NCBI GenBank assembly: GCA_036518135.1
Contig: DATDNT010000080.1
Location: 9,074 to 73,073 of the forward strand
DNA: 64,000 bases
From: Gaiellaceae bacterium
Lineage (GTDB): Bacteria; Actinomycetota; Thermoleophilia; Gaiellales; Gaiellaceae
Direction of reading: 5' to 3'
Shown here piece after piece: positions 31,599 through 40,803 of the stretch. Position 1 is the first letter of the stretch, and each line of letters starts with the position of its first letter. Made by a program: the position numbers and the translations under genes. A model generated the notes under the pieces. It worked only from the letters and a program-made list of their open reading frames with translations, did not search any database and had not been told where the DNA came from.

Positions 31599-32378
31599 TC
31601 AGCGGCCGAAGGTCGCCGCGTACCGGCTGAAGAAGGTCGCTTCCGGCAGCGTCGCGAGGAGGCTCGGCCGCGAGCCGACGCGGATCGTCGCCGTCTGGCC
31701 GTGCGCGAGCTTCCCGACGGGCTGCCCGTCGACGAGCACGGTCGTCTCGAGGTCGGCGGTCAGGTTCGTGATCGCCACGTCCGGGCCGCGCGCGACGACG
31801 AGCGGCCGGATGTGCAGCGCATGCGGCGCGACGAACGTGAGCACCATCGCATCGAGGCCCCACACGAGCACCGGGCCGCCGTTCGACAGGTTGTACGCAG
31901 TCGAGCCCGTCGGGGTCGCGCAGATGAGGCCGTCGCACGGCTGCGAGCCGAGCTCCTCGCCCCCGATCGCGTAGCCGAGCGCGATCATGCGGCCGAGCGT
32001 CCCGCCTGCGACGACGACGTCGTTCACCGCGGTGTGCGTCTCGCCGCCGGCCACGACGTCGAGCGTCGACAGCTCCATCGTCCGGTAGTCGCCGCGGAAG
32101 ACGCGCTCGAGCCCCGGCTCGAGCTCCTCGGCCGCGATCGCGGTCAGGAAGCCGACGCGGCCGTAGTTGACGCCGATCGCCGGCACACCGCTGTCGAGGA
32201 GCCGCCCGAGCGCCCGCAGCATCGTTCCGTCGCCGCCGAGGACGACCGCGATGTCGGCGTGATCCTCGTCGACGATCTCGACGCCGCAGCGCGCCGCAAG
32301 GGCACGCACGCGGTCGACGGCGTCGGAAACGCCGTCGCGCTCGATCGCGACGAGCGCCGCGCGCTCAACCGACGGCAT
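31599..32378 (-). CDS. nadK: NAD kinase
   Basis: Contains VLGGDGTMLRA, GVNYGRVGFL and TPTGSTAY. An alternative upstream start exists at 32450. Confidence 0.85.
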   Translation of the reverse strand: MPSVERAALVAIERDGVSDAVDRVRALAARCGVEIVDEDHADIAVVLGGDGTMLRALGRLLDSGVPAIGVNYGRVGFLTAIAAEELEPGLERVFRGDYRTMELSTLDVVAGGETHTAVNDVVVAGGTLGRMIALGYAIGGEELGSQPCDGLICATPTGSTAYNLSNGGPVLVWGLDAMVLTFVAPHALHIRPLVVARGPDVAITNLTADLETTVLVDGQPVGKLAHGQTATIRVGSRPSLLATLPEATFFSRYAATFGR

Positions 32379-33129
32379 CGGCGACCCATCGGTCGAAGGC
32401 GGGCGGGACGGCTGCGTTGTCTCGCTGGACGAGGTGGAGGACGAGCTCACGGTTTCCCTTCGGGCCGGGCAGGCCCGAGTCTACGACGCCGACGGGCTCT
32501 CCCCCGCACGCGACGAGCGCGGCTGCGACCTCGCGCACGACGCGCCGCCGCACCTCGTCGTCGCGGACGACGCCCTTCGGCGTCTCCGCCTTCCCCGCCT
32601 CGAACTGCGGCTTCACGAGCACGACCGCCTGCCAGCCGGGCCGTGCGAGCGCGAGCGCCGGCGGCAGCGCGAGCTTCACCGAGATGAACGACACGTCGCA
32701 CGTGACGAGCTGCGGCGGGAACGGAAGCTCCGTCAGCGACCGCGCGTTGACGCGCTCCATCACGACGACGCGCGGGTCGTCGCGGATCTTGGAGTGCAGC
32801 TGGCCGTAGCCGACGTCGAGCGCGATCACGCGTGCGGCACCGCGTTGCAGCAGCACGTCGGTGAAGCCGCCGGTCGACGCGCCCACGTCGAGGCAGTCGA
32901 GACCTGCGACGTCGATCGCGAACGCGTCGAGCGCGTTCGCGAGCTTGTGCCCGGCGCGCGAGACGTAGGGCGGCGGCGCGAGGACCTCGAGCGGCGCCGT
33001 CTCGTCGACCTGCTCGCCGGGCTTCGCGTGCCCGGGCACCCGCCCCGCCATGACGAGCGCCTGCGCCTGCGAGCGCGACTCCGCGAGCCCCCGCTCGACG
33101 AGCAGGACGTCAAGCCGTTTCTTGGGCAA
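32365..33129 (-). CDS. tlyA: TlyA-family rRNA 2'-O-methyltransferase
   Basis: TTG start, then PKKRLDVLLVERGLAESRSQAQALV (S4 domain) and DVGASTGGFTD (SAM motif). Confidence 0.88.
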   Translation of the reverse strand: MPKKRLDVLLVERGLAESRSQAQALVMAGRVPGHAKPGEQVDETAPLEVLAPPPYVSRAGHKLANALDAFAIDVAGLDCLDVGASTGGFTDVLLQRGAARVIALDVGYGQLHSKIRDDPRVVVMERVNARSLTELPFPPQLVTCDVSFISVKLALPPALALARPGWQAVVLVKPQFEAGKAETPKGVVRDDEVRRRVVREVAAALVACGGEPVGVVDSGLPGPKGNRELVLHLVQRDNAAVPPAFDRWVADAVG

Positions 33130-34315
33130 ACGTCTGTCCTTCCGCGAGCACGGCGAGGATGAAGTTGAGCGACGCGGCGCTCGCGGCGACGGCGGCGATC
33201 GCGTAGACGGCGTGCAGACCGAGCCCCGCGAAGAGCGCGCCCGCGGCGGCGTACGCAGCCGGCCGGATCACCTGGTTCGAGACGATGATCGTCTGCACGA
33301 CCTTCGGGAAGAGCGGCGGCGGGACGCGCGCGGTCAGGAGGCCGAGGTACGGCGCGTTCGACATCGGGTTGGCGAAGCCGACGACGGCCATCGCGGCGAC
33401 CATCACGGCAAGCGGCACGTGCGGCACGAGCAGCCAGAACGGCACGCCGAGCCCGACGCAGGCGACGATCCCGAGCGGCCCCGGTCTGAACCGCGCGAGC
33501 GCCAGGTACGTGGCGACGGAGCCGACCACGCTGCCGCCGCCGTACGCCGCGAACAGGAGCCCGGCGACGCGCGGGTTCCGGTGGTAGTCGGTGAACGCGA
33601 CGACCGGGAACGATGCGAATACGAGCGGGAACGCAGCGCCGAAGAGGAGCGGCGAGAGGATCGCGCGTCGCACGAACCGGTCGCGGGCGATGTACGCGAG
33701 GCCGGCGCGGATCCCGCTCGGCTCGTCGCTCTCGTGCACCTCGCGCACGACCCGCACGAACAGCCCGATCAGCGCGACGGAGACGAGGTACGACGCGGCG
33801 TCGATCCACATCACGTTCGTCGCGCCGACCGCGGCAATCAGGATGCCTGCGAGCGCCGGGCCCGCGAAGGAGGTGACGTTGGTCGCGCCCTCGACGAGGC
33901 TGTTCGCACGCGCGATCCGTTGCTCGTCGTTGCCGACGATCGCGGGGATCGCCGTCCGCTGGCACGTGAAGTACGCCGTCGAGAGGAGGCCGTGCAGGAA
34001 CGCGACGACGAGGATGATCGCGAAGGAGAGGCCGCCGACTTCCTTCAGGAACGGGATGAGCGCGATCAGCGGCGCGCGGCCGAGGTCGGACAGGAGCATC
34101 GTCGTGCGCGGGCCGAGGCGGTCGACGACGCTGCCGGCGTGCAGCCCGAACAGGACGAACGGGACGAGCTCGATCGCGAAGACGAGCCCCATGCGCGTCG
34201 AGGAGTGCGTCGTCGCGAGCACGAACCACGGCAGCGCGAGCGCCGACAGCTGCGACCCGAGCTGCGAGACGAGCTCCGCCGTCGTCAGCGCGAGGAGCGT
34301 CCGGTCGCGGATCAT
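33110..34315 (-). CDS. MFS transporter (EntS/MFS_3-like)
   Basis: 401 aa with 12 TM spans, starting LTTAELVSQLGSQLSALALPWFVL. ATGA overlap with the upstream MFS gene. Confidence 0.8.
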   Translation of the reverse strand: MIRDRTLLALTTAELVSQLGSQLSALALPWFVLATTHSSTRMGLVFAIELVPFVLFGLHAGSVVDRLGPRTTMLLSDLGRAPLIALIPFLKEVGGLSFAIILVVAFLHGLLSTAYFTCQRTAIPAIVGNDEQRIARANSLVEGATNVTSFAGPALAGILIAAVGATNVMWIDAASYLVSVALIGLFVRVVREVHESDEPSGIRAGLAYIARDRFVRRAILSPLLFGAAFPLVFASFPVVAFTDYHRNPRVAGLLFAAYGGGSVVGSVATYLALARFRPGPLGIVACVGLGVPFWLLVPHVPLAVMVAAMAVVGFANPMSNAPYLGLLTARVPPPLFPKVVQTIIVSNQVIRPAAYAAAGALFAGLGLHAVYAIAAVAASAASLNFILAVLAEGQTFAQETA

Positions 34316-35538
34316 GCGGGAGCGGGCGCCGCGCGGATGTGCCAGACGGCCGGCTGCGCCAGCACGAGGAGGTTCATCGCGAGAATGATCGCGCCCGCGC
34401 CGAGCAGCGTCTGACGGACGCCGAGGAGAACCGCGGCCGGCCCCGCGAGCGCAGTGCCGAGCGGGACGAGCACGAAGGAGCCGAGCGCGTCGTAGGAGCT
34501 CACCCGCGCGCGGGCGTGCTCCGGCACCTGCTGCTGGAACACGGTGAACCAGAGCGCGAGGTGCACGGCGATACCCGCGCCCGCGAGGATCTGCGACGCG
34601 AGCAGCACCGGCACCGGCACGAGACCGGCGAGCATCCACTGCCCGAGCCCGAAGGGCACGGCCGCGAGGCACGACGCGAGCAGCGGCCGGCTCGGCTTCC
34701 AGCGCAGCGTCACGACGCCGCCGAGGATGAGCCCGAGCCCGAAGAACGCCAGCACGACGCCGTAGGTCGCCGCGCCGTTGTAGTGCTCCTTCATGACGAG
34801 CGGCGCGAGCACTCCCCAGGTCTGGCCGAAGAGGTTCCCGATGCTGAAGAACACGATCGTGTTGAAGATCCACTTCTGCCGGCGGAACTCGCTCCAGCCT
34901 TCGCGCATTTCGCGCAGGAACGGCTCCGGCCGGGCAACGTCCTCGCGCGGCTCGACCCGCACGCGCGAGAGGAGGTACGCCGCGACGGCGAAGCTCACTG
35001 CGTCGACGATGATCGCGCCGCCCGGGCTGCCGAGCGTCACGAGCGCGCCGCCGACCACCGGGGCGGCGAAGCCGAGGATCGACCGGCTGAGGCCCATCAG
35101 CGCGTTCGCCTGCTGGAGCCGCGTGTTCGAGACGACGGCCGGGATCAGCCCGTTCTGGGCAGGGATGACGAAGCCGTCGGCGAGGCCGTAGACGACGTTC
35201 AGCGCCGCGATGACGGCGACGGTCGCATGGTGGCCGACGAGGAGCGCTCCGACCGTCGCCTGCACCGCCGCCTGCACACAGGCGACGGCGACGAGCACGT
35301 GATGCCGCGGCAGACGGTCGGAGATGACCCCGGCGGCGAGCGTGATCGCCGCCGCCGCGGCCTGGCGGCAGGCGAGCACCGCGCCGACGGCCGTCGGCGA
35401 GTTGTGCGAGATGTCGAGGACGGCGAACGCAAGCGCGATCGCGGCGACGCCGTCACCGATCGCGGAGATCGTCGTCGAGGAGAAGACGAGCCGGAACTGG
35501 CGCTCCGCGAGTGCGCCGAGGCGCCCTTCGAGCCTCAT
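34312..35538 (-). CDS. MFS transporter (EntS/MFS_3-like), distant paralog of the next gene
   Basis: 408 aa starting FRLVFSSTTISAIGDGVAAIALAFAVL. ATGA overlap with the ispA-like stop. Confidence 0.8.
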   Translation of the reverse strand: MRLEGRLGALAERQFRLVFSSTTISAIGDGVAAIALAFAVLDISHNSPTAVGAVLACRQAAAAAITLAAGVISDRLPRHHVLVAVACVQAAVQATVGALLVGHHATVAVIAALNVVYGLADGFVIPAQNGLIPAVVSNTRLQQANALMGLSRSILGFAAPVVGGALVTLGSPGGAIIVDAVSFAVAAYLLSRVRVEPREDVARPEPFLREMREGWSEFRRQKWIFNTIVFFSIGNLFGQTWGVLAPLVMKEHYNGAATYGVVLAFFGLGLILGGVVTLRWKPSRPLLASCLAAVPFGLGQWMLAGLVPVPVLLASQILAGAGIAVHLALWFTVFQQQVPEHARARVSSYDALGSFVLVPLGTALAGPAAVLLGVRQTLLGAGAIILAMNLLVLAQPAVWHIRAAPAPA

Positions 35539-36317
35539 GCCGTGCGGACGGCGAGGTCGTCGACGATCGAGGCGAGAACGGCGGTGTCGGCCCCGAGCTC
35601 GGCGAGCCGCGCGTGCGCCCGCTCGCCCGCCTCGTCGGCCAGGCGGCGCGCGCCGTCCTCGCCGACCGCGAGCACGTACCCGTCGCCGTCGAGGACGTCG
35701 TCGACGATCTGGAAGAGCAGCCCGAGCTCCGCCGAGAACGCCCGCCACGGCGGGTGCTCCTCGACGGGCACGTCGGATGCCCAGAGCGCGCACATCACCG
35801 ACGCCGAGAACAGGGCCCCCGTCTTCAGCGCGTGCAGGCGGTCGAGCTCGGCGCCGCCCTCGAGGTCGAGCTGCTGCCCTGCGATCATCGCGAGCGTCGC
35901 ATCCACGAGCTCGCGCGCGACCGCGCCCGTCGGATAGGTGAGCGCGAGCCGCATCGCCTCGACGAGCAGCGCGTCGCCGGCGAGGATCGCCGTCGCCTCG
36001 CCGTACTGCGCCCACACGGACGGCGCGCCGCGGCGCTCGCGGTCGTCGTCGAGCGACGGCAGGTCGTCGTGCACGAGCGAGAACGAGTGGACGAGCTCGA
36101 CCGCCGCGGCCGCGGGCAGCAGGTTCTCGACGGTCGCGCCGATCGCGTCGCCGGTCGCGAGGCACAGGACAGGCCGCACGCGTTTCCCGCCGAGTGCGTG
36201 CCGCATCGGCTCCTCGAGCGACCCCAGCTCCGCGTGCAGCGCGAGCTCGGCGAGGTACCCCTCGACGAGCGCGCGCAGCCGCTCAGTCGGCTGCGGCATC
36301 CGGATTGGGAGGCGCAT
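35535..36317 (-). CDS. ispA: short-chain polyprenyl diphosphate synthase (FPP/GGPP synthase)
   Basis: FARM motif LVHDDLPSLDD and SARM motif FQIVDDVLD are present. GGAGG lies just upstream of ATG 36317. An alternative ATG exists at 36299. Confidence 0.85.
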   Translation of the reverse strand: MRLPIRMPQPTERLRALVEGYLAELALHAELGSLEEPMRHALGGKRVRPVLCLATGDAIGATVENLLPAAAAVELVHSFSLVHDDLPSLDDDRERRGAPSVWAQYGEATAILAGDALLVEAMRLALTYPTGAVARELVDATLAMIAGQQLDLEGGAELDRLHALKTGALFSASVMCALWASDVPVEEHPPWRAFSAELGLLFQIVDDVLDGDGYVLAVGEDGARRLADEAGERAHARLAELGADTAVLASIVDDLAVRTA

Positions 36318-36507
36318 GCGCCTCCGTCTCCGCTGCGCGCTTCGCGCGCTGCAGCTCGGCTTCGACCTCCTTCGCGAGCTCGGCGAGCTCCTGCAGGATC
36401 TCGATCGCCTGATCGGGGTCCTCGGTGCCGTCGAGACGCACGCGCGCCGATTCGAGGCGCGCGAGCAGGTCCTCGGCCTTGTTCAGTGACTCGTCTGCCT
36501 GGCTCAT
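36283..36507 (-). CDS. xseB: exodeoxyribonuclease VII small subunit
   Basis: 74 aa: SLNKAEDLLARLESARVRLDGTEDPDQAIEILQELAELAKEVEAEL. ATGA overlap with the nusB stop. Confidence 0.8.
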   Translation of the reverse strand: MSQADESLNKAEDLLARLESARVRLDGTEDPDQAIEILQELAELAKEVEAELQRAKRAAETEAHAPPNPDAAAD

Positions 36508-36881
36508 GCCGCCTCCCGTTGTATCCGACCGAGGATCCCGTTGACCAGCCTCGCAGCGTCCTCCGAGGCGTACCGCTTCGCGAACGCGACGGCCTCGTTG
36601 ATCGCGACCTCTGCGGGCACCTCGCGCCGCTCGAGCTCGTGCACCGCGACACGGAGCGCGCTCCGCTCGACGGTACCGAGGCGATCGGCCGTCCAGCCTT
36701 CCGACGCGGCGGTGATGCGCGCGTCGAGCTCGGGCGCGCGCTCGGCGACCGCCTCGGCGACGCCGCGCGCCCAGGGGTCGATCTCGCCCGCGTACTGCGA
36801 GCCGATCTTCTGGCCCGACAGATCCCACTGGTAGAGCAGGAAGAGCGCCTGGCGCCGCGCCTGCCTACGCGAGAGCGGCAT
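36504..36881 (-). CDS. nusB: transcription antitermination factor NusB
   Basis: Starts MPLSRRQARRQALFLLYQWDL and contains INEAVAFAKRY and VNGILGRI. An upstream ATG at 36923 is possible. Confidence 0.88.
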   Translation of the reverse strand: MPLSRRQARRQALFLLYQWDLSGQKIGSQYAGEIDPWARGVAEAVAERAPELDARITAASEGWTADRLGTVERSALRVAVHELERREVPAEVAINEAVAFAKRYASEDAARLVNGILGRIQREAA

Positions 36882-38217
36882 CTTCGTCTCGCAATGCCTC
36901 GAGTGTCGAGGTCGAGTACTCACCGGTCCGGAACGGCTCGCTGCCGATCACCTCGAGCGCGACGTCGCGCGTCGTCGGCACGCCCTCGATGTGCGTCTCG
37001 CGGAGGGCACGCTCGGCGCGCGCGATCGCGGCGTCGCGGTCGGAGTCCCACACGATCAGCTTCGCGATCATCGAGTCGTAGAACGGCGGCACGACCGTGC
37101 CGGTCTCCACGAACGTGTCGAGGCGAATGCCGGGGCCCTGCGCGGGGTGGAAGAGCGTCACGCGGCCCGGCGACGGCCGGAAGTCGTGCGCCGGGTCCTC
37201 CGCGTTCAGGCGGATCTCGATCGCGTGCCCGCGCCGCGGCGCGCGGCCGGTGACCGACAGGCGCTCGCCCGCCGCGACGTGCAGCTGCTCGCGCACCAGG
37301 TCGAGACCCGTGCACATCTCGGTGACGGGATGCTCGACCTGCAGGCGCGCGTTCAGCTCGATGAAGTAGAAGCTGCCGTCCGGCCCCAGCAGGAACTCGA
37401 ACGTGCCGGCGTTGCGATAGCCGACCGCGCGGCACGCGCGCTCGGCCGCCGCCTCCATCTCCTCGCGCGTCTCCGGCGTCAGCGCCGCGCTCGGCGATTC
37501 CTCGATCAGCTTCTGGTGGCGGCGCTGGATCGAGCACTCGCGCTCGCCGCACGTGAGCACGTTCCCGTGCGTGTCGCAGATGACCTGGATCTCGACGTGC
37601 CGCGCGGGGCTCAGCGCCTTCTCGACGTACATCGTGCCGTCGCCGAACGCGGCCTCCGCCTCGCCCGACGCCATGCGAAACGCGTCCTCCAGCTCGTCGG
37701 CGTCGTGCACGAGGCGCATGCCTTTGCCGCCGCCGCCCGCCGTCGCCTTCAGGAGGAGCGGGAACCCGACCTCGTCCGCGACCTTGCGCACGTCCGCGAC
37801 GGACGTCGCGCCCTCGGTGCCCGGGACGGTCGGCACCTCGGCGGCGCGCATCGCCTGCTTCGCCGAGATCTTGTCGCCCATCAGCGCCATCACGTCGGCC
37901 GGCGGCCCGACGAACACGAGGTCGTTGTCGACGCACGCCTCGACGAACGCCGGGTTCTCGGAGAGGAACCCGTAGCCCGGATGGACCGCCTCGCAGCCGG
38001 TCGTCTCGGCGGCCGCGATCACGCTCGCGGTGCGCAGGTAGCTCTCGGAGGCCGCGGGCGGGCCGACGCACACGGCGTGGTCGGCCAGCCGCACGTGGAG
38101 CGCGTCCCGGTCCGCGGTCGAGTAGATCGCGACGGCCTCGACGCCGAGCTCGTGCAGCGCGCGGATCACCCGGACGGCGATCTCGCCCCGGTTCGCGACG
38201 AGGACCCGGCTGAACAT
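36865..38217 (-). CDS. accC: biotin carboxylase
   Basis: 450 aa starting MFSRVLVANRGEIAVRVIRA, with GGGGKGMRLV, ERECSIQRRHQK and ELNARLQVEHPVTE. Confidence 0.93.
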   Translation of the reverse strand: MFSRVLVANRGEIAVRVIRALHELGVEAVAIYSTADRDALHVRLADHAVCVGPPAASESYLRTASVIAAAETTGCEAVHPGYGFLSENPAFVEACVDNDLVFVGPPADVMALMGDKISAKQAMRAAEVPTVPGTEGATSVADVRKVADEVGFPLLLKATAGGGGKGMRLVHDADELEDAFRMASGEAEAAFGDGTMYVEKALSPARHVEIQVICDTHGNVLTCGERECSIQRRHQKLIEESPSAALTPETREEMEAAAERACRAVGYRNAGTFEFLLGPDGSFYFIELNARLQVEHPVTEMCTGLDLVREQLHVAAGERLSVTGRAPRRGHAIEIRLNAEDPAHDFRPSPGRVTLFHPAQGPGIRLDTFVETGTVVPPFYDSMIAKLIVWDSDRDAAIARAERALRETHIEGVPTTRDVALEVIGSEPFRTGEYSTSTLEALRDEDAALA

Positions 38218-40019
38218 CAGACGGCGGGCGGACCGGAAACGGGTTCGAGCTCGAAGAGGAGCTGGCCGTACTCGACGGGCTGCGCGTTGTCGACGTGGAT
38301 CCCGCGCACGACCGCCTCGATCTCCGCCTTCACCTCGTTCATGAGCTTCATCGCCTCGAGGATGCAGAGCGTCTGCCCCGGTGCGACGGCGTCGCCGACC
38401 TCGACGAACGCCGCGGCCCCCGGAGCCGGCGACCGGTAGAAGGTTCCGACCATCGGGCTCTCGACGCGGACGAGCGTGTCGTCGCGCGGGGGCGACGCCG
38501 GAAGCTCGGGCTCGTCGGCCGGCGGCGCCGGTGCGAGCGCGGTCCACGCCGCGGGCGCGTGCTCCGGCTGGCGCCGAACGCTCACGCGCATCCCGTTCTC
38601 CTCGATCGTGATCTCGCCGACGCCGGACTCCTGCACGATCCGCACGAGCTCGCGGATCGTCTCGGCGCGGTCCTGGTCGACGCCGCCCGCGGCGAGGGTG
38701 TCGTCGCCGCCCGAGCGTTCGCGGATCGCGCGCAGGAGCGGCTTCGCGTCGTCGCCGAACAGCGCGAGGAGCAGCAGCTCCTCCTCGCTCGACGCGAGCC
38801 CTTCCGCATCCTCGCGAAGCGTGTCGAGGTCGACCGGCGGCTCGTCCTCGAGCGCGTTCTCCTCCGTGCGGAAGTCGACGGCGCGCTTCAGCGCCTGGGC
38901 GACGGGAGCGGGCGTGCGCCCGAACTTCCCTTCGACGAGGTCGCGCAGCTCGTCGACCATCGTCGAGTAGCGGTTCGCCGTCAGCACGTTCAGAAGCGCC
39001 TGGGACGCGAGGATCTGCCCGATCGGCGCGGCGAGCGGCGGCGAGCCGACCTCGTCGCGCACCTTCGCGACCTCTTCGAGCACCTCGTCGAGGCGGTCGC
39101 CCATCGCCTGCGCGCGCAGCTGGTGGTCGAGCGCGCTCACGAGCCCGACGGGGAGCTTCTGCTGCGCGGCGCGCACCGCGATCCGCGGCGCGACCGGCGC
39201 GATCGGCTCGTCGCCGATGTGCTCGTCGACGAGCTCTGCAGCCGCCCACAACGTGTCCATGTCGACGCCGGTCGCGAGGCCGAGCCCGGCGAGCGCCTGG
39301 GCCGCCGCCTCTGCGGACACGCGGTGGGTCGTCAGCGCGACGGGGTAGACGGCCGCCGCGATCACGTCGGCGCCCGCGCGCGCGGCCTCGATCGCCGCGG
39401 CGAGCGCGTTCCCGCCGGCTCCCTGCGCGTAGAGGCCGACCGGCAGCCCCGACACGTCGCGCAGCTCCGCGACGAGCTCGCTCGCGCGGTGCGGCTGGAG
39501 CAGTGCGGCGGGGTCGTTCAGCAGCAGCCGCGCCGCGCCGAGCTCGGGCAGCCGCTTCGCCGCTTCGACGAGGGCGTCGTGGCGGCCGCTCCCGTAGAGG
39601 AGCCCGGCTTCGAACTCGCTGCCCGACGCGACGATCGCCTCCGCGCACTCGCGCAGGTTGTCGACGTCGTTGAGCGGGTCGTGCAGACGGAAGACGTCGA
39701 TGCCGCTCGCGGCGGCGCTCGCCACGAATCGGCGCGCGAGGTCGCGCCCGACGGGCCGCGACCCGACGAGGAAGCGGCCGCGCAGCGCGAGCGCGAGCGG
39801 CGTCGAGCAGCGGCCCTTCAGCGCGCGGATCCGCTCCCAGGGGCTCTCGACGCCGCGCTCGACGGCGTTGTCGAAGACACCGCCGCCCGAGACCTCGAGG
39901 TACGCGAAGCCCGCCCCGTCGAGAAGCTCGGCGAGGCGCAGCAGGTCCGCGGTCGGCATCAGACCGGCGAGCGGCTCCTGGCTGAGGACGCGGATCGTCG
40001 TGTCGACGAGGCGCGGCAT
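38217..40019 (-). CDS. OadA/PycB-type carboxyltransferase-like domain (metal ligands substituted) fused to AccB-type biotin carboxyl carrier domain
   Basis: 600 aa. The N-terminal TIM-barrel and PYC_OADA blocks (GIDVFRLHDPLND; LDEVLEEVAKVRDEVG..QILASQALLNVL) are kept. The C-terminus reads PMVGTFYRSPAPGAAAFVEVGD..LCILEAMKLMNEV. It occupies the accB position. Confidence 0.85.
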   Translation of the reverse strand: MPRLVDTTIRVLSQEPLAGLMPTADLLRLAELLDGAGFAYLEVSGGGVFDNAVERGVESPWERIRALKGRCSTPLALALRGRFLVGSRPVGRDLARRFVASAAASGIDVFRLHDPLNDVDNLRECAEAIVASGSEFEAGLLYGSGRHDALVEAAKRLPELGAARLLLNDPAALLQPHRASELVAELRDVSGLPVGLYAQGAGGNALAAAIEAARAGADVIAAAVYPVALTTHRVSAEAAAQALAGLGLATGVDMDTLWAAAELVDEHIGDEPIAPVAPRIAVRAAQQKLPVGLVSALDHQLRAQAMGDRLDEVLEEVAKVRDEVGSPPLAAPIGQILASQALLNVLTANRYSTMVDELRDLVEGKFGRTPAPVAQALKRAVDFRTEENALEDEPPVDLDTLREDAEGLASSEEELLLLALFGDDAKPLLRAIRERSGGDDTLAAGGVDQDRAETIRELVRIVQESGVGEITIEENGMRVSVRRQPEHAPAAWTALAPAPPADEPELPASPPRDDTLVRVESPMVGTFYRSPAPGAAAFVEVGDAVAPGQTLCILEAMKLMNEVKAEIEAVVRGIHVDNAQPVEYGQLLFELEPVSGPPAV

Positions 40020-40052
40020 GAGACGAGACCTTACCGGGCATCCTCCGGCGCG

Positions 40053-40244
40053 ATGCCACGTCCCGCCGAGAACGTCCGCTGTGTCGAATGCAGGCACGAG
40101 TACGAGCTCCCGCCGCTCGGCGAGGAGATGGGGTGCCCCGAGTGCGGGTGCCTCAGCTGGGTGTCGACGCGGATCCCGTCAGGCGACGACGTGCTATCCG
40201 CTACGCGCGCTGGATATACCGCTTCTCGCGCGGGTCGACCTTGA
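40053..40244 (+). CDS. small zinc-ribbon protein (63 aa)
   Basis: MPRPAENVRCVECRHEYELPPLGEEMGCPECGCLSWV has CxxC...CxxC. GC3 is high over the first ~42 codons. The tail overlaps the efp 3' end by 44 nt. Confidence 0.45.
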   Translation: MPRPAENVRCVECRHEYELPPLGEEMGCPECGCLSWVSTRIPSGDDVLSATRAGYTASRAGRP

Positions 40245-40767
40245 TCCTGTCGCCCACGTTCACGAACAGCGGCACCTGAACGACGGCGCCCGTCTCGAGC
40301 GTCGCCGGCTTCGTCACGTTCGACACGGTGTCGCCCTTCACCCCCGGCTCGGTGTCGGTCACCTCGAGCACGACCGACGCCGGCAGGTCGACGCCCGTCG
40401 GGTTGCCGTCGACGAAGAGCACCTGCACCGACGACGACGGCTGCATGAACGGCAGCTCGTCCTCGAGCGACGCGTGCGGGATGTTGATCTGCTCGTACGT
40501 CTCCTCGTCCATGAAGACGACGTCTTCGCCCGCGTCGTACAGGTACTGCATGTTCTTCTGCTCCGTGCGGATGCGGTTGAACTTCTCGCCGGCCCGGAAC
40601 GTCTTGTCGACGACGGAGCCGGAGTTCAGCGACTTGAGCTTCGTACGCACGAACGCGCCGCCCTTGCCGGGCTTCACGTGCTGGAACTCGACGATGCGCC
40701 ACGTCTGGCCCTCGTGCTCGATGTGCATCCCGTTCCGGAAATTGCTGGTGCTGACGACTTCGGCCAT
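40201..40767 (-). CDS. efp: elongation factor P
   Basis: Starts VSTSNFRNGMHIEHEGQTWRIVEFQHVKPGKGGAFVRTKLK. Confidence 0.95.
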   Translation of the reverse strand: MAEVVSTSNFRNGMHIEHEGQTWRIVEFQHVKPGKGGAFVRTKLKSLNSGSVVDKTFRAGEKFNRIRTEQKNMQYLYDAGEDVVFMDEETYEQINIPHASLEDELPFMQPSSSVQVLFVDGNPTGVDLPASVVLEVTDTEPGVKGDTVSNVTKPATLETGAVVQVPLFVNVGDRIKVDPREKRYIQRA

Positions 40768-40803
40768 CGGCGGACGAGGGTACCGAAAAGGTGTCCGAGA
40801 CCT

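Noticed and set aside
36865-40019. Calling the accC gene plus the CT-BCCP gene a two-subunit pyruvate carboxylase (PycA/PycB).
   Set aside because: The CT domain appears to lack all four metal ligands. The carrier domain is AccB-type. The pair sits at the accB-accC synteny position. A plain pyruvate carboxylase call would therefore be unsafe.
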